Below, one piece after another: positions 56,456 through 63,937 of a DNA stretch of 63,937 nucleotides. Under the pieces are notes generated by a model. It was not told the DNA's origin. It saw only the letters and a program-made list of their open reading frames with translations, and made no database searches. The position numbers were made by a program, and so were the translations under genes. This DNA comes from Pseudomonadota bacterium (GTDB lineage Bacteria; Pseudomonadota; Alphaproteobacteria; Rhizobiales; Aestuariivirgaceae). The stretch spans positions 1-63,937 of the forward strand of contig JBEARP010000109.1 in NCBI GenBank assembly GCA_041163105.1. The letters are read 5' to 3'. Positions within the stretch are counted from its first letter, which is position 1; every line of letters starts with the position of its first letter.

Positions 56456-57022
56456 GTGTACTTGCAGTTCGTGCCGGTTGCGCCGGAAGCCTGTCCTGCC
56501 CTGGTCCTCAACGCGGACTTCCGCCCGTTGAGCTACTATCCGTTGTCGCTCTGGAGTTGGCAGGACACCATCAAGGCGGTCTTTCTTGACCGCGTGAATA
56601 TCGTATCCGAATACGACAAGGTGGTGCGCAGCCCGAGCTTCGAATTCCGGCTGCCCAGCGTGGTGTCGCTGAAGACTTATGTAAAGCCGTCACGCACCCC
56701 TGCCTTCACCCGTTTCAACGTCTTCCTGCGTGACCGCTTCACCTGCCAGTACTGCGGCGGCCATGATGACCTGACATTCGACCATGTCATCCCGCGCTCC
56801 AAGGGAGGTCAGACCACCTGGGAAAATGTCGTGGCCGCGTGTTCGCCCTGCAACCTGCTGAAAGGCGGCTACCTGCCGCAGCAGATCCACATGTTTCCGG
56901 CCCAGAAGCCGGTGCGGCCAAGCGTGGCCCAGTTGCATCGCAACGGTCGTTTCTTCCCGCCCAACTACCTGCACGACAGTTGGCAGGACTACCTCTACTG
57001 GGATACCGAGCTCGACCCCTGA
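56456..57022 (+). CDS. HNH endonuclease (McrA/COG1403-like)
   Basis: LVLNAD, RFNVFLRD, CQYC, DHVIPRSKGG, WENVVAACSPCN. Confidence 0.93.
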   Translation: MYLQFVPVAPEACPALVLNADFRPLSYYPLSLWSWQDTIKAVFLDRVNIVSEYDKVVRSPSFEFRLPSVVSLKTYVKPSRTPAFTRFNVFLRDRFTCQYCGGHDDLTFDHVIPRSKGGQTTWENVVAACSPCNLLKGGYLPQQIHMFPAQKPVRPSVAQLHRNGRFFPPNYLHDSWQDYLYWDTELDP

Positions 57023-57489
57023 GGGCGGCGCAATCCGGCCATGGCCAGAAGCGCCAGCCCGAGCGAGATCACCGCATTCCACCCCGCCAGCGACAGGCCG
57101 AAGATCCGGATGGCGGGCGCGTCACACAGCACGGCCGGCTTTGAAAGGTCGGGAAGACCGCCGGAGAAGCCGGCCTGAGCGGTGCAGGTGGCCGGGCCTG
57201 GCCACCACTTCCATTCAACGCCCGAATGATAGATGCCGAACACCATGCTGCCGAGCCACACGACGGCGAGCAACGCCAGCCCGGCTCTTGCGAGGCTCGG
57301 ATTGCGTGGCGCAAGCAGCGCCACCAACAGCGCCAGCGGTATGGCTAGGTAATAGGCCCAGCGCTGCTTGAGGCAGAGCTCGCAGGGTGCAAAGCCGTAA
57401 TGCTCGAAGATCCATGCGCCAGAGATGGTCGCAAAGGCCACCAGGAAGATCAGCAGCGCTGTGCGCTGCGGGGTGAGGCTGGTCAACAT
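56995..57489 (-). CDS. dsbB: Disulfide bond formation protein DsbB
   Basis: PCELCLKQR, YHSGVE, second Cys pair, GLSLAGWN. Confidence 0.9.
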   Translation of the reverse strand: MLTSLTPQRTALLIFLVAFATISGAWIFEHYGFAPCELCLKQRWAYYLAIPLALLVALLAPRNPSLARAGLALLAVVWLGSMVFGIYHSGVEWKWWPGPATCTAQAGFSGGLPDLSKPAVLCDAPAIRIFGLSLAGWNAVISLGLALLAMAGLRRPQGSSSVSQ

Positions 57490-58094
57490 GTGGTTATGCT
57501 TCCGGCAATGCCTGAGTATTTGATGACGATATAGAGCAGGATGATGATGCCCGCCACAATGGCCGCCAGAAGCCCCAGACGGCGCTCGATGAACTCCCGG
57601 ATCGGATCGCCATAGCGGCGCAGTGCCCAGGCCAGTGCAAAGAAGCGCGCACCACGTGCCACGATGCAGGAGACGACAAAGAACACGAAGCTCACCTGGG
57701 CGACCCCTGCGAGGATCGTCACCACCTTGATGGGCGGCAGGTGCGAGAGCCCTGAGGTAACGAGCAGCAGCATCAGCGTGTCCTCGCCTGTGCACTGGCG
57801 GAGGTGCTCGAAATCGTCGAGCTTGCCGTAGAAGCTTAACACCGGCTTGGCCAGTGCCGCAAAGGCATAGTGGCCGAGCATGTAACCGGCAATACCGCCC
57901 AGGACGGAGGCAACAGTGGCGATGAGCGCAAACCGATAAGCGCGGCTGGGCCGCGCCAGCGCCATCGGCAGAAACAGCACGTCGGCAGGAATGAGGAAGA
58001 CCGAGCTTTCGACGAAGGCGATGACCGCGAGCCAAACCTCAGCAGTTTTCCGTGCGGCGAGCGCCAGCGTCCAATCGTAGAGTCGTTTCAGCAT
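57483..58094 (-). CDS. YqaA/DedA family membrane protein
   Basis: LKRLYDW, FVESSVF.IP.D, SVLGG..GY, P.KV.TI, RGARF. Confidence 0.9.
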   Translation of the reverse strand: MLKRLYDWTLALAARKTAEVWLAVIAFVESSVFLIPADVLFLPMALARPSRAYRFALIATVASVLGGIAGYMLGHYAFAALAKPVLSFYGKLDDFEHLRQCTGEDTLMLLLVTSGLSHLPPIKVVTILAGVAQVSFVFFVVSCIVARGARFFALAWALRRYGDPIREFIERRLGLLAAIVAGIIILLYIVIKYSGIAGSITTC

Positions 58095-58101
58095 GAAAAT
58101 G

Positions 58102-58521
58102 TCAATCCGTGTCGTGTCGGGAGCTGCGCAGCCGTTTGGTCTTTGCGTGCTTCGACTTGGAGTCGAGGCGCCGGGTTTTGGAAGCGCGGGTTGGTTTCGT
58201 AGCGATACGTCGTTTCGGCCGGTGGGCGGCCTTGCGCAGCAGATCCACCAGCTTCTGCAAGGCGATCTCCCGGTTGCGTTCCTGCGAGCGGGTTTCCTGG
58301 GCGGTGATCACGAGGACACCATCCTGGGTGAGTTGGCGGCCGGCGAGTGGCCGCAACCTGGCCTTGAGGTCGTCGGGCAGGAGTGCCTTGCCAACGTCGA
58401 AGCGCAGTTCAACGGCAGTCGAGACCTTGTTCACGTTCTGGCCGCCTGGCCCTGAGGCGCGCATGGCAGACCAGGTGACCTCGTCCTCGTCGATGGCCAG
58501 TGAGTCGGTGATCCGGATCAT
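58102..58521 (-). CDS. arfB: Alternative ribosome rescue factor ArfB
   Basis: GPGGQNVNK, RSQERNR, basic tail RIATKPT. Confidence 0.96.
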   Translation of the reverse strand: MIRITDSLAIDEDEVTWSAMRASGPGGQNVNKVSTAVELRFDVGKALLPDDLKARLRPLAGRQLTQDGVLVITAQETRSQERNREIALQKLVDLLRKAAHRPKRRIATKPTRASKTRRLDSKSKHAKTKRLRSSRHDTD

Positions 58522-58546
58522 GGAAAGTGCTTCTCGCCCTTTACGG

Positions 58547-58575
58547 TTGACGGCGCAAGGGCAGGCAATTATGCG
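58547..58575 (+). promoter_or_regulatory. Putative sigma70 promoter for tRNA-Leu
   Basis: TTGACG-N17-TATGCG. Confidence 0.6.
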
Positions 58576-58586
58576 AGTTTCGGCTT

Positions 58587-58672
58587 GCCTCTGTGGCGGA
58601 ATGGTAGACGCGGCAGACTCAAAATCTGTTGCTCGAAAGGGCGTGGGGGTTCGAGTCCCTCCAGGGGCACCA
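58587..58672 (+). tRNA. tRNA-Leu (anticodon CAA)
   Basis: Acceptor GCCTCTG/CAGGGGC, D-loop GGAATGGTAGA, anticodon arm GCAGA-CTCAAAA-TCTGT, long variable arm, GGTTCGAGTCC, encoded CCA. Confidence 0.97.
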
Positions 58673-58761
58673 AAGACCGCGCGTGTCTGCCGCAGATTGG
58701 ACCGATTCCTGTGTTTTCAGAGGGGTTTGGCCATATCAGCCTGACTTGGAGCCGACCCTTC

Positions 58762-60039
58762 TTGCCGATCCTGCATCGCATCATCATGGTTTTCCTCGTG
58801 CTGGCGGCGGCATCCCCGGCCTTGGCTGCCGGGCCGTCTCTGCTGTTTGATCCGGCGACCGACGAGGTCATCTCGCAGGACCGTTCGGGCGACCCGTGGT
58901 ACCCCGCCTCGCTTACCAAGCTGATGACGGCCTACATCGTGTTCCAGAAGCTGAAGTCGGGTCAGCTGAAGCTCGATCAGAAACTGCCTGTTTCCGAGCT
59001 TGCCCACTCTCAACCACCCAGCAAGATCGGCGTGCCAATTGGCCAGACGGTGAGTGTCGATTTTGCGCTTCAGGCCCTGCTCGTCTATTCCGCCAATGAC
59101 ATGGCCTATGTCCTGGCTGAAGGCTCCGACGGAAGCCTTCAGGCATTCTCTGCTCAGATGAACGCACAAGCCCGCAAGCTCGGCATGACGGGCAGCCACT
59201 TCGTCAATCCCAATGGTCTGTTCGACCACCGCCATATCACCACGGCGCGCGACATCGCCATTCTGGCGTCCGCAATCCTGCGCGAGTTTCCCGAATACGA
59301 TCATTATTTCTCGCAGCCGTTCATCTCTATTGGCAAGCGCCGCCTCTCGAACCGCAATTCGCTGCTTCGCCAGATGAAGGAGGCGGACGGCATGAAGACC
59401 GGGTTCGTGTGCAGTTCGGGCTTCAACCTTGTTGCCACCGCCACGCATGATGGCCGTCGTCTCGCCGCCGTGATCTTAGGCGCCAACAGCGGCAAGCACC
59501 GCGTGGACCTTGCCGAGATGCTGCTGACCGACGGGTTCTCCCGCGGGGCCGCACCACGCCCCAAGCTGCAGTCCATCCCCAATGTGCGGACAGGCGAAAT
59601 CGTGCCGACCGACATGACGAAGCAGGTGTGCAAACAGAAGCCCGTGGCGCTGGCGCTTTCGAAGAGCCTTGGCGGCTGGGGCATTTCGTTTGGAAACTAC
59701 GAGAATTCGCAAACCGCAGACATGGCGCTGCGCGGTCGCATGCTGAGCCAGTCCGGCATGGAGCTTCCGGGCATGCCGGGCATCATCCGCCTGCCGGAAA
59801 AGCGCGGCTATGCCGCTGCCATGTGGAACCTCGACCAGCCAACCAGTGAAATGGCGTGTGTGCGGTACCGTGCTGAAAAGGCGCCTTGCGAAGTGATCCC
59901 GCCCGAGACCTTCGCCAAGATCGCAGCATTGGTCCCTGATCCGGCTCCACCACAAACAGTGGGTGATCCGGAAGGCAACGACATCGCGAAGCCCAAGAAG
60001 AAGAAACCGCCCCAGAAGAAGAAAAAGAAGAAGAACTGA
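58762..60039 (+). CDS. D-alanyl-D-alanine carboxypeptidase (S11) with SPOR-like C-terminal domain
   Basis: Signal peptide ending ALA, SLTK, SAN, KTG motifs; TTG start after GGAG. Confidence 0.9.
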   Translation: MPILHRIIMVFLVLAAASPALAAGPSLLFDPATDEVISQDRSGDPWYPASLTKLMTAYIVFQKLKSGQLKLDQKLPVSELAHSQPPSKIGVPIGQTVSVDFALQALLVYSANDMAYVLAEGSDGSLQAFSAQMNAQARKLGMTGSHFVNPNGLFDHRHITTARDIAILASAILREFPEYDHYFSQPFISIGKRRLSNRNSLLRQMKEADGMKTGFVCSSGFNLVATATHDGRRLAAVILGANSGKHRVDLAEMLLTDGFSRGAAPRPKLQSIPNVRTGEIVPTDMTKQVCKQKPVALALSKSLGGWGISFGNYENSQTADMALRGRMLSQSGMELPGMPGIIRLPEKRGYAAAMWNLDQPTSEMACVRYRAEKAPCEVIPPETFAKIAALVPDPAPPQTVGDPEGNDIAKPKKKKPPQKKKKKKN

Positions 60040-60044
60040 TTGGC

Positions 60045-60935
60045 ATGATCAACAGGGCGGGACTGGGCATTGCCTGCGCACTTGGCGCAGCTGGACTTTA
60101 CGGTCTTGTGCCGAACTTCGTGCGTGCCGCGATTGGCAACGGCATTCCTGCAATCGAAAGCACCCTGTTCCGCACCTTCATGATTGCCGTTGTCTTCTCG
60201 ATGATCGCGGTCGTTCAGGGCGAGCGCTTGGCGGTCCCTCGGCCAGCACTTCCAAGTTTCATTGGCCAATCGGTTGCAACTCTATTTGTCTCTGTTGCCT
60301 ATCTGGGGTCGGTGCAGTTCATACCGGTTGGGCTTGCGGTCATCATCTTCTACCTTTTTCCTGTGCTGATCATGGTGCTGGCCCCCGTGGTCGAAGGGCG
60401 CAATCCCGGCATCCTCCGCATCCTGATTGCTGTCGTCGCCTTCTTCGGGCTGGCAATTGCCGTGGGGCCGAGTTTCGACAGTCTGGATATCCGCGGCATC
60501 CTTCTGGCAGCCCTGGCTTCGGCGGGCGCAACCTTGCAGTTCTTTTCCGGTCGCGCCATCTCGCGTTACATGTCGCCCGCCGCGTTCGGCAGCCTCGTGC
60601 ACATGGTCATTCTGCCACCGGTTCTGCTCATTGCGTTCTATGCCGGGTCGGGTACCCTGCGCTTCCTGCCGGGTGGGCCTGCCACGGGAACCGGGATTCT
60701 TTTCATGTCCGCCGTGGCCCTGGTCTATATCATTGCCTACATGGCGCAGATGTTGTCGCTTCGCTTCGCACCCGCGTCCACGATCGCTCCCTTCTACAAT
60801 CTGGAACCCGTGGTTGCCACGGTTACGGCGGCGATCATCCTCAACGAACGCATGCAGATCAACCAATATGCCGGAGGCGGCCTTGTTCTCGCCGCTCTCG
60901 TCGCATCAAGCCTTGTTGGAAAATGGAAGAAATAG
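60045..60935 (+). CDS. DMT/EamA family transporter
   Basis: About 10 TM helices, two EamA repeats, NLEPV...LNE. Confidence 0.88.
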   Translation: MINRAGLGIACALGAAGLYGLVPNFVRAAIGNGIPAIESTLFRTFMIAVVFSMIAVVQGERLAVPRPALPSFIGQSVATLFVSVAYLGSVQFIPVGLAVIIFYLFPVLIMVLAPVVEGRNPGILRILIAVVAFFGLAIAVGPSFDSLDIRGILLAALASAGATLQFFSGRAISRYMSPAAFGSLVHMVILPPVLLIAFYAGSGTLRFLPGGPATGTGILFMSAVALVYIIAYMAQMLSLRFAPASTIAPFYNLEPVVATVTAAIILNERMQINQYAGGGLVLAALVASSLVGKWKK

Positions 60936-60939
60936 CCTC

Positions 60940-62082
<1,143 letters not shown>

Positions 62083-62090
62083 CAGCCAAC

Positions 62091-62441
62091 ATGTCTCTCA
62101 AGCTTTACGGACTCTCCAAGTGCTCAACCTGCCAGAAGGCCATCGACTGGCTCGATGAGCACAAGATCAAGCACAGTTTTTCCGATGTGAAGGAAGACCC
62201 CGTTACCAAGGATCAGGTGGCGCAATGGTCCAAGGCCCTCGGTGGCTGGGAGAAGATGGTCAACAGGGCAGGTTACACCTGGCGTGGCTTGCCGCCCGAG
62301 AAGACGGCGAACCTTACCGAAGCCAAGGCGGTCGCGCTGGCCGTTGCCAACCCCTCGCTCATTCGCCGCCCGCTGATCGAGCACAAGGACGGTAGCGTGA
62401 CGGTTGGCTTCTCAAAGAAGATCCAGGACCTTCTGGCGTAA
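62091..62441 (+). CDS. ArsC/Spx (YffB-like) family protein
   Basis: YG..KCSTCQKA, VNR...TWR, PSLIRRP, VGF. Confidence 0.88.
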   Translation: MSLKLYGLSKCSTCQKAIDWLDEHKIKHSFSDVKEDPVTKDQVAQWSKALGGWEKMVNRAGYTWRGLPPEKTANLTEAKAVALAVANPSLIRRPLIEHKDGSVTVGFSKKIQDLLA

Positions 62442-62448
62442 GGAACCT

Positions 62449-62469
62449 GGCCGGGGAAGATCCCCGGCC
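62449..62469. terminator. GC-rich hairpin between convergent genes (possible bidirectional terminator)
   Basis: GGCCGGGGA-AGA-TCCCCGGCC 9-bp stem; weak U-tract. Confidence 0.55.
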
Positions 62470-62477
62470 CTCTTGCC

Positions 62478-63356
62478 TCAGGCGCGGACCAGCGGCCTTG
62501 TCATGCAGGTTGGCCCGCCTTCGCCCTTGCGGCAGATGTCATAGCCCTTGATGACCTCAACCTTGACACCCGCAGCCTTCATGCGGCGTTCGGTTTCGGG
62601 ATTTCCCTCCACCATCAGCGCATGGCGCGGCCCGAGCGCCAGCACGTTGCAGCCCATGGTGTCGAACTCCTCCGCCGGCACTTCCACGAATTTGATGCTG
62701 CGGGATTCGAGGAACTCGATCTGCCGGGCTGCCATCAGGGGCGGGTAGACGACTGCGAGGTCGTGGTCCAGCGGCGAGAGGCAGGACATGAGGTGGAATA
62801 CATCCGAGCGGCCCTTGTAGTGCGGCATGTCGAACCACAGGATTTCCACGTCGGAGCCAGCCATTTCGCCCAGTTGCCGCAGTCCCTCGAGGTTGGTGCG
62901 GTAGCCCACGCCTGCCAGCAGGGTGTAGCGGTCGATCCATACGAGGTCGCCACCTTCGACCTTGCCCTCGCCAGTGATTTCGCCCGCGATGGGGAAGCCC
63001 AGGGACTCAAGCGCTCCGCCATTTACTTCCGACTCCATGCGGCGCTGCGGCTTGCCCATCCGCGGCTTGACCAGGCCGCGCGGCGTGACGATCAGCGCGT
63101 CATGGGTGTAGATCGAGTCGAGCGTCAGGCCCGGCGCTGCCGGCAGCCTGATGACCTCGGCGCCAGAGGCGGCAAGGATGTCCTCCACTGCCTTGTATTC
63201 CCTGCGGGCGTTGGCCAGGTCCGGGCGCGAGTGGAAGTTGAGGTCCTTCCATTCTGCGTCGATCTTGGCATCGCTGATGAAGGCCTGGTCCACATCGCGG
63301 ATCGCGACCTTCTTCAAGGTGCCCCAGTTGTTGAATGCGCCGAAATCGAAGGTCAT
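62478..63356 (-). CDS. Amidinotransferase/dimethylarginase/arginine deiminase superfamily enzyme
   Basis: DSIYTHD, R..E, EGGD, RTN, FHL, CNVL, GGPTCMT catalytic Cys. Confidence 0.88.
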   Translation of the reverse strand: MTFDFGAFNNWGTLKKVAIRDVDQAFISDAKIDAEWKDLNFHSRPDLANARREYKAVEDILAASGAEVIRLPAAPGLTLDSIYTHDALIVTPRGLVKPRMGKPQRRMESEVNGGALESLGFPIAGEITGEGKVEGGDLVWIDRYTLLAGVGYRTNLEGLRQLGEMAGSDVEILWFDMPHYKGRSDVFHLMSCLSPLDHDLAVVYPPLMAARQIEFLESRSIKFVEVPAEEFDTMGCNVLALGPRHALMVEGNPETERRMKAAGVKVEVIKGYDICRKGEGGPTCMTRPLVRA

Positions 63357-63433
63357 TTTCGTCTGATCCTGAATTAGATTGTTGTCGGGTTCCGGGGTCG
63401 TGTGATTCCCGGCACTTAACTTGGTTCTTTCCG

Positions 63434-63446
63434 TAAGCCTTTGATA
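63434..63446 (-). promoter_or_regulatory. IHF binding-site consensus
   Basis: Reverse complement TATCAAAGGCTTA = WATCAA-N4-TTR. Confidence 0.65.
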
Positions 63447-63514
63447 CTGGTATGCAATCTCAGTTATCGCAGCATCTCAGGCCTCATCATCATTCATCGT
63501 CGTTGGTCGCCGCC

Positions 63515-63536
63515 CAGTCACCCAGCAGTCACCCAG
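63515..63536 (+). repeat. Tandem 11-bp direct repeat, candidate integrase arm-type sites
   Basis: CAGTCACCCAG x2, about 95 bp upstream of integrase. Confidence 0.7.
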
Positions 63537-63631
63537 CGCTTGTTGTGGCATCGTCCGGCTGTTACATAACGCGGAGGCCCCACCGCTCGCAACGGTGAGG
63601 CCCCTATCGGCAACACGAAGGTTCTGGCTCC

Positions 63632-63937
63632 ATGTCGCCTACCCCTACATCTAGGACAAACATCGCCCGCCTGCCAGTATCAGGCAGCAATTTCAATTTC
63701 ACCCACGAGCGCCTCAAGAAGGCCATCGCCCGCGTGCAGCGGTTCAAGTCGGTCATCCTGTTACGGGACGACCGGCAGCAGGGCCTGTGCCTCAAGGTCC
63801 GGCCCACCGGCGGCACCACCTTCCTTGTGGAGAAGCGGCACCAGCGTCGCCTGTACCACGTCAAACTGGGTGACTTCACCGCCAGCACGGACATCGACGC
63901 AATGCGGGCCGCCGCGTCTGCCGTGCTGCTCGACATC
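63632..63937 (+). CDS. Tyrosine integrase N-terminal arm-binding domain (3' truncated by window edge)
   Basis: Open frame to end: FNFTHERL...LRDDRQQGLCLKVRPTGGTTFLV...VKLGDF...MRAAA, Arm-DNA-bind_3/DUF4102 pattern. Confidence 0.8.
   Translation, partial: MSPTPTSRTNIARLPVSGSNFNFTHERLKKAIARVQRFKSVILLRDDRQQGLCLKVRPTGGTTFLVEKRHQRRLYHVKLGDFTASTDIDAMRAAASAVLLDI

Larger units (their letters stand above)
63410..63937 (+). mobile_element. Left end of an integrated element (prophage/ICE/genomic island); boundary approximate
   Basis: End of housekeeping run, AT-richer spacer, IHF site, direct repeats, integrase start. Confidence 0.65.

Noticed and set aside
55763-57022. alkA plus HNH as a restriction/defence system
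   Set aside because: No methylase, ATPase or mobile context and host-like codon usage; only the regulatory motif was kept as a finding
57490-58035. Long upstream extension of the dsbB frame across yqaA (also hisE, nth, hslV, cobW extensions)
   Set aside because: No slippery site or homology signal; each gene has its own plausible start
58673-58760. Island integrated at tRNA-Leu
   Set aside because: Housekeeping genes follow directly; no duplicated tRNA 3' end seen near the integrase
58585-58761. N-terminal extension of the dac ORF through the tRNA
   Set aside because: Overlaps tRNA-Leu; a signal peptide and RBS support a start at 58762
63375-63420. Hairpin upstream of the amidinotransferase as guanidine riboswitch or tRNA fragment
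   Set aside because: Lacks twin ACGR-loop hairpins or guanidine-I/III consensus and lacks a TTC T-loop/CCA; may belong to the att core region
63604-63936. 110-aa minus-strand ORF at window end
   Set aside because: Antisense shadow of the plus-strand integrase frame

Overview
This is a GC-rich, densely packed core-genome region from an alphaproteobacterium. Gene content and order suggest Hyphomicrobiales, and the window spans the chromosomal replication origin. In order it holds phoH-ybeY-corC, comM, a ShkA-like hybrid kinase, olsB, maeB, mutS-glnD-murJ, ubiE-ubiB-coaBC-dut-moeB, fabI-fabB-fabA/irr, ada-like, nth, adenosine kinase, coaA and hisEFAHB, hslVU, smr-mltA-timA/fxsA-secB and dnaQ-coaE-aroE-maf-ppsR. 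Next come a putative oriC (two perfect tandem CtrA boxes plus DnaA-like boxes), hemE-hemJ-rho-mnmE-mnmG-rsmG-parA-parB with two parS sites, purH, rsmB, htpX, gluQ, alkA, an HNH nuclease, dsbB, arfB, tRNA-Leu(CAA), dac, a DMT transporter, cobW, an ArsC/Spx protein and an amidinotransferase. The last ~560 bp look like the left arm of an integrated mobile element, with an IHF consensus site, tandem arm-type repeats and the 5' end of a tyrosine integrase absent from the ORF track. I see no CRISPR array, rRNA or recognisable defence island, and no complete novel system can be demonstrated from this window. The best leads are the element edge (cargo lies beyond the window), an NrdR-box-like operator on the HNH nuclease, a membrane-anchored ShkA-like kinase lacking the DDR motif, the oriC architecture, and palindromic bidirectional promoters. 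All calls come from motif recognition by eye; no database search was run.
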